Positions 7,661 through 16,738 of a stretch of 21,288 nt of DNA are shown here, piece after piece; positions within the stretch are counted from its first letter, which is position 1; every line of letters begins with the position of its first letter. This DNA comes from Polyangia bacterium (GTDB lineage: Bacteria > Myxococcota_A > Polyangia > JAAYKL01), in the NCBI GenBank assembly GCA_050287845.1, contig JBNKCR010000062.1:1-21288 (forward strand). Direction: 5' to 3'. A program made the position numbers and the translations under genes. Under the pieces are notes generated by a model that worked only from the letters and a program-made list of their open reading frames with translations, ran no database searches and was not told where the DNA came from.

Positions 7661-8356
7661 ATGAAGGTCATGTTTCTAATCGCGCTTCTGGCCGCTATAT
7701 TGCTGACAACCTGTTCTGAGAATGACGTCGCCACCATTGGCGTCTGCCGGTTGCAGCAACCCACTCCGGGCAACGAAGTGGCGGTGATTGGCGAATCTTT
7801 CATCGCCATGACCCACGGACTCACCGCCGAAATCGAATCCCGCGCCATAGCGGATGGCATTCTGGACCCCGGGACGCACTATGTGGACAACTCTGTGATT
7901 GGCACTACCCTGGGCGATACCGGACCGGCCCCGTCCATCCCCACTCAATATATGCAGGCTCAGGCAGCCAACGACATTATATATGTGATTATGGACGGTG
8001 GCGGAAATGACTGCATGGCAGGCGGAAATGGCGATCCCGCGTATGCGGCGGCACAAGCCCTGTTTCAGACCATGGCCAGTGACGGTGTTGAAAAAGTGTT
8101 GTATTTCTTTTATCCCGATCCCCTCGGCTATTTCGCAACCACCGGCCTCAAGCCCTGTCTCGATGCGCTCAGACCGCGAATGAAGTCCCTGTGCGAGGGG
8201 CTTGTCGCGCCCAAATGCTATTTCGTGGATCTGCGGGAATCATGGAACGGCCACTCCGAATACACAACAGACGGCATTCATCCCACCGCAGCGGGAGACA
8301 AGGCCTCCGCCTCTCAAATCTGGCCGGTGATGGTGGAAAACTGCATTGCTCAGTAG
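7661..8356 (+). CDS. SGNH/GDSL hydrolase family lipoprotein
   Basis: Signal MKVMFLIALLAAILLTT-C; block I VIGESF, block III DGGGND, block V DGIHPT. The ORF track starts at 7553, but 7661 gives the signal peptide. Confidence 0.85.
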   Translation: MKVMFLIALLAAILLTTCSENDVATIGVCRLQQPTPGNEVAVIGESFIAMTHGLTAEIESRAIADGILDPGTHYVDNSVIGTTLGDTGPAPSIPTQYMQAQAANDIIYVIMDGGGNDCMAGGNGDPAYAAAQALFQTMASDGVEKVLYFFYPDPLGYFATTGLKPCLDALRPRMKSLCEGLVAPKCYFVDLRESWNGHSEYTTDGIHPTAAGDKASASQIWPVMVENCIAQ

Positions 8357-8433
8357 TCTCGACGCCACATTGAAGCGGTGTTTGTTGCAGCATCTGTTGC
8401 ACGAACCGATTCCCGTTGTAAATTCAATCCATT

Positions 8434-9162
8434 ATGAATGTATCCAGTCAGGCAGATCATATCGCCCACAATGTATACGTCGTGGCCACCATTCGACCAT
8501 GGAATGTGGATACCTTTCAGGCCACGCTGACGCAGCTTCCTGGGAAATGGCATCTGCTGACGTCCCCCACGCAGCTGACGGTGGAGTACGTTGCCCGGCT
8601 CAAACCGCGATACATTTTCTTTCCACATTGGAGTGAAAAAGTCCCCCCGGCAATCCTGAGCCTCTCAGAGTGCGTATGTTTTCACGAAACAGATCTGCCC
8701 TATGGCCGCGGTGGCAGCCCCATTCAGAACCTCATCGTTCGGGGACACTCCACGACCCAAATCACCGCGTTGCGGATGGTGGATGAACTGGATGCCGGTC
8801 CCGTATACATGAAGCGTCCCCTTTCCCTTGAGGGTCGCGCCGAAGACATTTTCATCCGCGCTTCCCATATCATCGCCGGGATGATGCAGGAGATAGTGAA
8901 AACCCACCCGGTGCCGGTGGACCAGACCGGAACGCCAACAGTTTTCAGAAGACGCACCCCGGCGCAGAGTGAAATTCATTCAGACATCAGGACCCCGGCA
9001 CAACTGTACGACCACATCCGCATGCTCGATGCCCCGGAATACCCGCCCGCGTTTGCTGACCTGCATGGATTCCGGATGCATTTCGGACATGCCAGCTACA
9101 ATCCCGGGACCGATGAGGTGACCGCCACCGTCATCTTCAAACCAAAGGACAGCCAGGGATAA
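8434..9162 (+). CDS. Sugar N-formyltransferase (Fmt-like family)
   Basis: IFFPHWS, CFHETDLPYGRGGSPIQNLI, ELDAGPVY and LYDHIRMLDAPEYPPAF; short form located in a glycan locus. Confidence 0.85.
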   Translation: MNVSSQADHIAHNVYVVATIRPWNVDTFQATLTQLPGKWHLLTSPTQLTVEYVARLKPRYIFFPHWSEKVPPAILSLSECVCFHETDLPYGRGGSPIQNLIVRGHSTTQITALRMVDELDAGPVYMKRPLSLEGRAEDIFIRASHIIAGMMQEIVKTHPVPVDQTGTPTVFRRRTPAQSEIHSDIRTPAQLYDHIRMLDAPEYPPAFADLHGFRMHFGHASYNPGTDEVTATVIFKPKDSQG

Positions 9163-9165
9163 TCA

Positions 9166-9867
9166 ATGATTGAGTTCAGCCGTTGCCAGAAAATACTTAC
9201 TTTTTTAGCGCATCCCGACGATGAGACACTGGCGGCTGGAGCGACACTCTCAAAACTCAGCCGCATGGGCGTCACCACCCACGTGGCCATACCGGCCACC
9301 GGTGTGTACGGGAGAAAAAACAGACTCGACCAGGCTGCCATGGAGCGCGAGCTTGTGCGCCTCGAAACCGACTGCGAGCAGGCATTGGGGATTTTAGGTG
9401 TACAGCCAGAACATATTCACCTGGGGGAATTTTCGGACAATCAGATGGACAGTCACCCGCGTCTCGAAGTAATTCACTGGCTGGAAACCCTGCTCGATGC
9501 AATACAGCCTGATCTCATTTTTACCCACCACCGGTACTGCACCAATATTGACCATCAGATATGTCACGAGGCTGCCGTTGTGGCCACCAGACCCCAGGCG
9601 GGATGTCATATTCCAGTACTGTGCTGTGAAGTGCCCAGCAGCACCGGATACCTGAAACCGACCCAATGGGAACCCAATTTATTTGTGGAAGTCACTCTGG
9701 ACGATGTGAACGCCAAAATAAGAGCCATGGAAACCTACAGCGGAGAAGCCAGACCAGACCCTCACCCCCGTTCCCCGGAGGTGCTTGCCGCCCTTGCCAA
9801 AGTTCGCGGTTCGGAATCCGGCTTTCTTTTGGCCGAGGCGTTCATGATTCAGAAGGCGTTTGGCTAA
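9166..9867 (+). CDS. PIG-L/LmbE family N-deacetylase
   Basis: AHPDDETL, IFTHH...DHQ, PHPRS and AEAF motifs. Confidence 0.9.
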   Translation: MIEFSRCQKILTFLAHPDDETLAAGATLSKLSRMGVTTHVAIPATGVYGRKNRLDQAAMERELVRLETDCEQALGILGVQPEHIHLGEFSDNQMDSHPRLEVIHWLETLLDAIQPDLIFTHHRYCTNIDHQICHEAAVVATRPQAGCHIPVLCCEVPSSTGYLKPTQWEPNLFVEVTLDDVNAKIRAMETYSGEARPDPHPRSPEVLAALAKVRGSESGFLLAEAFMIQKAFG

Positions 9868-9982
9868 CTGTTTTGTGCCGGCCGTTAAAATTATTCCCGG
9901 GAATGCCGTATGTAAAACTGAGACGCCATCAACCGTCTTCAATATGTCATTAAAATAGCGATAGGCGATACAAAGCAGGACA

Positions 9983-10438
9983 ATGAAAACAGTTTTAACA
10001 TACGGCACGTTTGACCTTTTCCATATCGGGCATCTGAATATCCTGAAAAACGCGCGGAGTCTTGGCGACCGGCTGATTGTGGGGCTCTCCACCGAAGAAT
10101 TCAACAGCATCAAGGGCAAACAGACCATCGTTCCCTACGGGCATCGAAAGCAGATTCTCGAAAGCATCCGATACGTGGACCTGGTGATTCCCGAAAATTC
10201 CTGGGAACAGAAAATCACGGACATTCAGCAGCATACCGTGTCGGTCCTGGCGATGGGCGATGACTGGCGCGGGAAGTTTGATTTTCTTCAACCACATTGC
10301 GATGTGGTCTATTTTGCCAGAACCGATGACATCTCTTCATCCACGCTGAAGGAAGACATCTTCACCCTGCTGGCCAATCGACGGGCGCACGCCCACAAGC
10401 AGAACGACTTTTCTGTTTCGGTCAATCCGGAATCCTGA
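9983..10438 (+). CDS. tagD: Glycerol-3-phosphate cytidylyltransferase family protein
   Basis: TYGTFDLFHIGHLNIL (HIGH motif), MGDDWRGKFDFL and RTDDISSS; SD AGGA. Confidence 0.85.
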   Translation: MKTVLTYGTFDLFHIGHLNILKNARSLGDRLIVGLSTEEFNSIKGKQTIVPYGHRKQILESIRYVDLVIPENSWEQKITDIQQHTVSVLAMGDDWRGKFDFLQPHCDVVYFARTDDISSSTLKEDIFTLLANRRAHAHKQNDFSVSVNPES

Positions 10439-10584
10439 AGCCCCTTTGCGACTATTCTCCCAGCGTCGTCCCCCAACGCTTTCCGGTGATGCTGCCATTC
10501 GAAACCCGGCGTCTAAATGGACCCCTCCGGTTGCCAGCCACGGTTTATCAGCTATGTTTTTCTTGAAGCGAAAGAGGCACCGGT

Positions 10585-11487
10585 ATGGCAAAGAAAGTCA
10601 TTGTGTTTGGTATTGGCATGAGTGGTCGCGCTATTTTCAGACATCTGAGAAACCGCGACGATATTTCGCTTGTCGGTTTCATTGACAATAATCCCAGACT
10701 CCATGGTTCCACGTTTGCCGGGGCGCCCATTTTTTCGCCGACGTCCATTCATTCCCTCGATTATGATCAGATTGCACTGGCGGGGGTCTGGATTGACTCG
10801 ATGCTCTCTCAACTGCGTAGCCTCAACGTGACTGAAAGTCGCATCTGGCAGATTCCGGAAACCGAACTCGATTACTCAACGGATGATCGCAATCGGGCTA
10901 CCGATTATCTGGTCGAAAATACTTTCTCAATGACGAAACGGCTCCAGATTCCCTGTTACATGATTGGTTCGTCACTGGCCACCCTGTTTCGGAACAAAAG
11001 CCTTGGCTGCGTATCCGACGTGGACGTATTCATTGTGGGTCAGTCCGCAGGGCGGCAGCTGTATCAGAAACTCATTCAGGATGCGGGGTTCGCATCTTAT
11101 CAGATCAGTCAGATGATTGTATCGAGGGAGGATCCCATCTCGTCCAGGGGGGATATTGAACGCATTATCATTCAGTCAAAAAACACTGGCGAGAATGAGG
11201 AACCGGCCACCGTGGATGTTTCCATCGCTTCAGAGTTCAGGGAGTATTTTCTGGTTCGACACATTCACAATTTCATCTATATCCCAAAGGAAATGTGTGA
11301 GGGAACACGGTGGTATCCCTATCGGTCGTTTCAGGTGTCCATTCCCTCAAAGGCGGAGGATTACCTCGCTCTGTTATATGGAGAAAACTGGATCATCCCT
11401 CCCCCAAAATGGGATGTGAGCGAATACGGAAATCTGTGGACGCCCGATGAGGTGCGGGAAATGCAACTGGAAATGCAGCAGTCATGA
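10585..11487 (+). CDS. Rossmann-like N-terminal domain fused to a LicD-like nucleotidyltransferase-fold phosphotransferase
   Basis: VIVFGIGMSG..GFIDNN at the N-terminus; GSSLATLFR..SDVDV and IPSKAEDYLALLYGENWIIP resemble LicD; follows tagD. Confidence 0.65.
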   Translation: MAKKVIVFGIGMSGRAIFRHLRNRDDISLVGFIDNNPRLHGSTFAGAPIFSPTSIHSLDYDQIALAGVWIDSMLSQLRSLNVTESRIWQIPETELDYSTDDRNRATDYLVENTFSMTKRLQIPCYMIGSSLATLFRNKSLGCVSDVDVFIVGQSAGRQLYQKLIQDAGFASYQISQMIVSREDPISSRGDIERIIIQSKNTGENEEPATVDVSIASEFREYFLVRHIHNFIYIPKEMCEGTRWYPYRSFQVSIPSKAEDYLALLYGENWIIPPPKWDVSEYGNLWTPDEVREMQLEMQQS

Positions 11488-11580
11488 CGCGCATCCTACG
11501 TGATCTGCGTCAACGTGTCATGCTGCAGGCCCCGGCATACTCATTTGCCCCGCGAGGCGTCGATACAGACATATTTCGAA

Positions 11581-12123
11581 ATGAAGCATGTTGAACTGAC
11601 AGTAAGAACACTTGAGTTAAAAAGCTACTTTCTCCTATCGAGAAAAGAACAGCTGCAGATTCTCCTGTGGCGCAATCATCCTTCAGTCCGCAATCTGTTT
11701 TTTCAGCAGTCTGAAATCAGTGAAGCGGAACATCTGGCTTTTGTTAAATCCCTGAAATCGGACGAATCCAGAAGATACTGGATGGTTTTTCACAAAGGCG
11801 AACCGATTGGCTCCATTGATTTGTACAGAATCAGCGACCGGGATTGCTACTGGGGATACTTTCTGGCACCTGAGAAACAGAAAAGCGCTCTGGGGGTATT
11901 CATGGAATTTGCCGTGCAGGAAATTGCCTTTGATATCATGCATCTCGAACAATTGCACAGCGAGACCTTTGAACACAACGCGAACGTGCTTAAAATTCAC
12001 CGGCAGTTTCAATTTGTGGAAACGGCACGGGAGCGGGGACGGGTGTATATGACCGCCGAACGGCGCATCTGGAATCAAAACAAAGCGTTGTTTGAAGAAC
12101 TCATTGCGCTGTTGCTGAGATAA
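11581..12123 (+). CDS. PseH-like GNAT N-acyltransferase
   Basis: ILLWRNHPSVR..ISEAEHLAF..YWMV..PIGSIDL..WGYF..NANVLKIHRQFQF. The start is uncertain (ORF track gives 11500). Confidence 0.8.
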   Translation: MKHVELTVRTLELKSYFLLSRKEQLQILLWRNHPSVRNLFFQQSEISEAEHLAFVKSLKSDESRRYWMVFHKGEPIGSIDLYRISDRDCYWGYFLAPEKQKSALGVFMEFAVQEIAFDIMHLEQLHSETFEHNANVLKIHRQFQFVETARERGRVYMTAERRIWNQNKALFEELIALLLR

Positions 12124-12188
12124 TCCATGAAAGCAGTGAATCCCAGTTTCAAATATCACACCATTGAAATCGCGATGGAGAGCCGGCG

Positions 12189-13829
12189 ATGACACTTCAT
12201 ATTCTCAGCAACATCAATATGGATCTCATTGCGCCAACGTTGCAGTCCCGATTCGGAAAAATTGAACGGAAAGGATACAATCAGATTATCCAGCCCCTGA
12301 CTGCAATGTCAGAAAACGATTCTATAAAAGACGACGTCATCTGGATTCACCTGGACGGCCCGGAATGGTCTGCGCCCGACCCCCTTGAGTTCCTCCGTTT
12401 TTTTCAGGACATCCTGGACGCGATTGAGGCGTTCTGCCAGAAAAATATCGCGACCACTGTCATCGTGTCCAATCTGGCGCTTGCCACATACTCGATACAC
12501 ACACAGCAACAGAAATTCCTGGTCGAATTCAGCCGGCAGTTCTCCATTGTGCGGGAACGCCTTGTCTTGATGACTGAGACATACCCGGGCCTGTACATAC
12601 TGGAATTTGAAAAGTTGGTTCAGGAATACGGCAGACAGTTCCTCAACGATGCCAAATACTGGTACCTGGGAAGAATCCGGTATTCCATGTTCGGAATCGA
12701 AAAAATTTCTCAGGAACTCCAGCGTTTGCACAAGGCCATCCAGGGCGATACCCAAAAAGTACTGATATTGGATTTGGACAATACGCTATGGGGAGGTGTC
12801 CTCGGCGAAGAAGGGCCACAGGGCATCAAGTTGTCAGAGGAAGGCGTTGGCAAAGCCCATCGGGATTTTCAGAAGCTCATCAGGGCTGCCAAAGAAAACG
12901 GGGTGATGCTCACCCTCTGCTCCAAAAATAATATGGACGATGTGAAAGATGTATTTGACCAGAACAACATGATGGTTCTGGCGTGGCATGATTTTGTTGA
13001 CCATCGCATCAACTGGCATCCCAAAGCGAAAAATCTGGAGGAGATGGCCACCGCACTGAACCTTTCTCTCGATTCATTTGTCTTTATCGATGACAACCCC
13101 GTCGAGCGCGACAGCATCCGCAAACTGCTCCCGGATGTCACCGTGCCCGAGATGCCCGATGACCCGGCGGATATACCCGCATGGTTCGTCAAAGAAGTCA
13201 TCAATGAGTACTTCAACCGTATTTCATTAACTACCGAAGACAACGACAAAGTGGGCCAGTATTCCCGCCAGAACCAGCGAGAAACCGAACGCAAGACCAT
13301 GTCATTGGACGAGTATCTGCACTCTCTGAGCATCCGATATACCATTCACCGAAACCCCGAAAAGCAGATTCAGCGGATTGCCCAGCTGACCCAGAAAACC
13401 AATCAGTTCAACCTGACGACCAGACGCTATACCGAAACCGAAATTCGAGAATTTATCCAATCCGACAGCGCAGACGTGTTTACCCTGGAATACGAAGACA
13501 AATTCGGCAAGGAAGGCATTGTCGGGGTCATGATCACGATCATCAAAAATGATATGGCAACCATCGATACGTTCCTCCTCAGTTGTCGCATCATCGGCCG
13601 ACAGATGGAGCATCGATTCCTGCAGGACGTTGCAACAGCGCTCAAGGACCGCGGCATTGAAACCATTATTGGTGAATACATGGAAACCCCCAAAAACATC
13701 CTGGTAAAAAATCTGTATCCAGATTTGGGTTTTTCTCCATCCGACGATCAATATACCGCCCCACCGGCATATCTTATCACGCACATAAACCATGTTCTGA
13801 ATATGGGAGAAACCACTCATGACCAATAA
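12189..13829 (+). CDS. FkbH-like HAD-IIIC phosphatase / glyceryl-ACP synthase
   Basis: KVLILDLDNTLWGGVLGE, CSKNN, FVFIDDNPVER, QLTQKTNQFNLTTRRY and FLLSCRIIGR. Confidence 0.92.
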   Translation: MTLHILSNINMDLIAPTLQSRFGKIERKGYNQIIQPLTAMSENDSIKDDVIWIHLDGPEWSAPDPLEFLRFFQDILDAIEAFCQKNIATTVIVSNLALATYSIHTQQQKFLVEFSRQFSIVRERLVLMTETYPGLYILEFEKLVQEYGRQFLNDAKYWYLGRIRYSMFGIEKISQELQRLHKAIQGDTQKVLILDLDNTLWGGVLGEEGPQGIKLSEEGVGKAHRDFQKLIRAAKENGVMLTLCSKNNMDDVKDVFDQNNMMVLAWHDFVDHRINWHPKAKNLEEMATALNLSLDSFVFIDDNPVERDSIRKLLPDVTVPEMPDDPADIPAWFVKEVINEYFNRISLTTEDNDKVGQYSRQNQRETERKTMSLDEYLHSLSIRYTIHRNPEKQIQRIAQLTQKTNQFNLTTRRYTETEIREFIQSDSADVFTLEYEDKFGKEGIVGVMITIIKNDMATIDTFLLSCRIIGRQMEHRFLQDVATALKDRGIETIIGEYMETPKNILVKNLYPDLGFSPSDDQYTAPPAYLITHINHVLNMGETTHDQ

Positions 13830-14064
13830 TCATCTGAAACACATCCAGAAAGTATTTCAAGCCGTCTTCAACGTCGACCCCGATACCATCACCCCCGACA
13901 CCACCAAAAACAACGTGGAAGGCTGGGACTCCCTGGGCCATCTGCGCCTGATGATGGCCGTGGAAAAAGAGTTCGGCGTAAAGTTCACAACGGAGCAGGT
14001 GGTGGGGATTGAGCGTGTGGGGGATATCATTGCTATAACGCCAGAGTCACGGCAATTGCACTGA
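13819..14064 (+). CDS. Acyl carrier protein
   Basis: 81 aa with a GWDSLGHL phosphopantetheine site and VEKEFGVKF; overlaps the end of the FkbH gene. Confidence 0.92.
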   Translation: MTNNHLKHIQKVFQAVFNVDPDTITPDTTKNNVEGWDSLGHLRLMMAVEKEFGVKFTTEQVVGIERVGDIIAITPESRQLH

Positions 14065-14076
14065 GAAAGAGAAGTG

Positions 14077-14442
14077 ATGGGAACAATTAAGGAAAATCAG
14101 GAAACATGGACACAATATAACTGGTGGGACAGCGGTGATGAATGGTCAAATGGCTGGGGAAGCTCTCCTCAAATGTGGTACGGCACCATTCTACCCAGGA
14201 TATCAAGCTATTTGCCAGCAAATAAAATACTGGAGATCGCGCCGGGGTTTGGTAGATGCACGTGTTTTCTGCAAGCACTTTGTCCCGACAATCTTTTTGT
14301 CACAGTTTTCAGTCCGAAATATCATAAAAATGTGTATCAATGGCTGGAGTCTCACGGATACTCTTATCAGAATCATTTCTATTATTTTGATACACATGAA
14401 TTGCAACAAATGAAGAATGGTGTCGTCGATTCTCAGGGGTAA
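14077..14442 (+). pseudogene. Truncated class I SAM methyltransferase fused to an unrelated C-terminal fragment
   Basis: WDSGDEWSNGWG..WYGTILPRI..ILEIAPGFGR (motif I) breaks off at LQALC. Later methyltransferase motifs are absent and the tail is an unrelated-looking beta-alpha segment. Confidence 0.6.
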
Positions 14443-14447
14443 TTAAA

Positions 14448-15617
14448 ATGAAAAAGATTGCGGTAATACCCATCAGGAAGGGGTCCAAAGGAGTACCTGA
14501 TAAAAACACGCGGAAATTATTGGGACGTCCGTTGTATCAATGGGTCCTCGGCGAATCCATTTTTTCTGAGTTGGACGAAATATACGTTTTCACCGATGAC
14601 ACAGGTGTGATCAGTTTTATTGAGAATGAATACAGGTGGACAGAGAAAGTAGTTGCACTTGAACGCTCATCGGCAAATGCTTCTGACACCGCATCTACTG
14701 AATCCGCGATGCTTGAGCTCTCGCAGCGTATTCACCACAATTACGATATCATATGTTTGCTCCAGGCAACTTCTCCTCTGACCACCCGTATTGACATCAA
14801 CAACTGTCTGTCGCTGGTGGAATCCGAAAAATTCGACTCCGCTTTGTCCGTCGTAAATGCAAAGCAATTTGTCTGGTCACCAGATGGGTGTCCCCAGAAC
14901 TATGATATATTCAACAGACCCAGACGACAGGAATTTGGTGGTATTCTCATTGAGAACGGTGCGATCTATGTGTCACGAAAATCAGCATTTTTAAATTCAG
15001 AGAATCGAATCAGTGGCAACATCGGTCTGTTGAGGATGGCAGAAAATCAATTTCATGATATTGATGAAGAGCACGATTTCCGCGTAGTGAATACACTATT
15101 GCAGAAACAACTCAGTGTACCTAAAAAAAACATCGGAAGAATTCAGTCGATAGTATTTGATGTCGATGGCGTAATGACCGACGGGCGCGTACTTACCGGT
15201 AGTTCAATGGAATTGGGGAAATTCTTTTCGATGAAGGACGGTTTGGGTATTTCAGAACTCGCGCAGAATCACATCACACCAATAGTGTTGACATCTGAAA
15301 ATTCTGAGATAGTGCAAACCCGAATGGACAAACTGAAGATCAAAAATACGGTACTTGGTACACGCGACAAATATACTCGTCTTGAATACATTCTTGGTAA
15401 TTTGAATCTGACCCGGTCCAACATTGCATATGTCGGTGACGACATAAATGACCTGGCAAACATGGTGTCGTGTGCGTGGAGCTTTTGCCCACTCGATGCA
15501 GTGGACACAATAAAGTACAACGCAGATGTTGTGCTGACTCGTCCTGGCGGAAACTGCGCAGTACGGGAGGCAATAGAATTTGTTCTCCGTTACAATGGGC
15601 GGTTTCATACACCGTAA
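14448..15617 (+). CDS. neuA: Bifunctional CMP-nonulosonate synthetase (NeuA-like) / KdsC-type HAD phosphatase
   Basis: IPIRKGSKGVPDKN, LLQATSPL, ENGAIY and DIDEEHDF, followed by VFDVDGVMTDG and YVGDDINDL. Confidence 0.9.
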   Translation: MKKIAVIPIRKGSKGVPDKNTRKLLGRPLYQWVLGESIFSELDEIYVFTDDTGVISFIENEYRWTEKVVALERSSANASDTASTESAMLELSQRIHHNYDIICLLQATSPLTTRIDINNCLSLVESEKFDSALSVVNAKQFVWSPDGCPQNYDIFNRPRRQEFGGILIENGAIYVSRKSAFLNSENRISGNIGLLRMAENQFHDIDEEHDFRVVNTLLQKQLSVPKKNIGRIQSIVFDVDGVMTDGRVLTGSSMELGKFFSMKDGLGISELAQNHITPIVLTSENSEIVQTRMDKLKIKNTVLGTRDKYTRLEYILGNLNLTRSNIAYVGDDINDLANMVSCAWSFCPLDAVDTIKYNADVVLTRPGGNCAVREAIEFVLRYNGRFHTP

Positions 15618-15823
15618 TTCCGCTGATATCGCTGTAATTTCTCCTTTCCTCTCACAACAGTGACGTTCAACTGCATCTTTCCTGGATTCTACACTCATTT
15701 CTTTTCCACTTCATGATCTTTTGGTTTCTGACTGGACGTGGTTTCCGTGCGCTGCAAAGTTTTTGAGTTATTAAATATAGGAAGTCGTTTAAAAAATTGA
15801 CGAAGAACTATTAGAGGGCCGTT

Positions 15824-16738
15824 ATGGATACGGAAAGAACAAATTATAATAGTAAGCCGGAAACGCATCAGATTAATGTCGTTGCAGAAATCGGTTGCAA
15901 TCACAAAGGAGACCTGAAAATCGCCATGGAGATGATTGCGACCGCAGCAGATTTTTGTAATGTCCACGCTGTAAAATTTCAAAAAAGAACCCCAAGAGAA
16001 CTACTCTCCGGTAAAGAATACAATTCACCTCATCCTGAACCACGAAATGCATATGGAAATACATATGGTGAACATCGCGAGTATCTGGAATTTAATCTCG
16101 ATGAACACAAGATGCTGAAGGAAGCCTGTGATTCCAGAAAAATCAGATATAGCGCATCAGTGTGGGATCTCACTGCAGCGAAGGAAATTTGTTCGCTATC
16201 GCCTGAATTCATTAAAATCCCTTCCGCATGCAACCTCGACTATAGAATGCTCAAATATATATGTGAGCAGTTTGGAGGAGAAATCCATGTATCACTGGGG
16301 ATGACTACAAAAAAGGAAGAGGACGATATCGTCACTTTTTTCGAAAAAAATAAAAGGGCAACAGATGTGGTGCTGTACAGTTGCACATCTGATTATCCAG
16401 TTCAATTTGAAGATGTCTGTCTCTGCGAGATAACGAGATTACGCCAGAAGTTTGCAACCACGATCAAACAAATTGGTTTTTCTGGTCATCATCTTGGAAT
16501 TGCAGTCGATATAGCAGCAGTGACGCTCGGAGCAACGTGGATTGAACGTCATCTTACCATGGACCGCACATGGAAAGGAACGGACCATGCGGCTTCTCTT
16601 GAACCTGGTGGCTTGAGAAAACTGGTTCGGGATATTAAGAATGTAAAGAAATCTCTTTCTTACAAATCTGGTGATATTCTTCCTGCAGAGAAAAAACAAC
16701 GACAGAAACTGAAAAGAGTGGACCATGAAAACGTCTGA
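15824..16738 (+). CDS. neuB: NeuB-family nonulosonate(-9-phosphate) synthase lacking the SAF/AFP-like domain
   Basis: VAEIGCNHKGD, AVKFQKR, IKIPSA, CTSDYP, GFSGHH and IERHLTMDRTWKGTDHAASLEP; ends shortly after the TIM barrel (304 aa). Confidence 0.9.
   Translation: MDTERTNYNSKPETHQINVVAEIGCNHKGDLKIAMEMIATAADFCNVHAVKFQKRTPRELLSGKEYNSPHPEPRNAYGNTYGEHREYLEFNLDEHKMLKEACDSRKIRYSASVWDLTAAKEICSLSPEFIKIPSACNLDYRMLKYICEQFGGEIHVSLGMTTKKEEDDIVTFFEKNKRATDVVLYSCTSDYPVQFEDVCLCEITRLRQKFATTIKQIGFSGHHLGIAVDIAAVTLGATWIERHLTMDRTWKGTDHAASLEPGGLRKLVRDIKNVKKSLSYKSGDILPAEKKQRQKLKRVDHENV

Noticed and set aside
8434..9162. Housekeeping methionyl-tRNA formyltransferase (fmt)
   Set aside because: It is too short, has no def neighbour and sits in a glycan locus beside a deacetylase, so a sugar formyltransferase is more likely.
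13525..13531. Another GGGGTCA matching the IR tip
   Set aside because: It lies inside the intact FkbH coding sequence with no partner arm; a 7-mer is expected by chance.
12189..14064. Polyketide/methoxymalonyl-ACP secondary metabolite cluster
   Set aside because: There is no ketosynthase, acyltransferase or FkbI/FkbK dehydrogenase, and the context is sugar modification.
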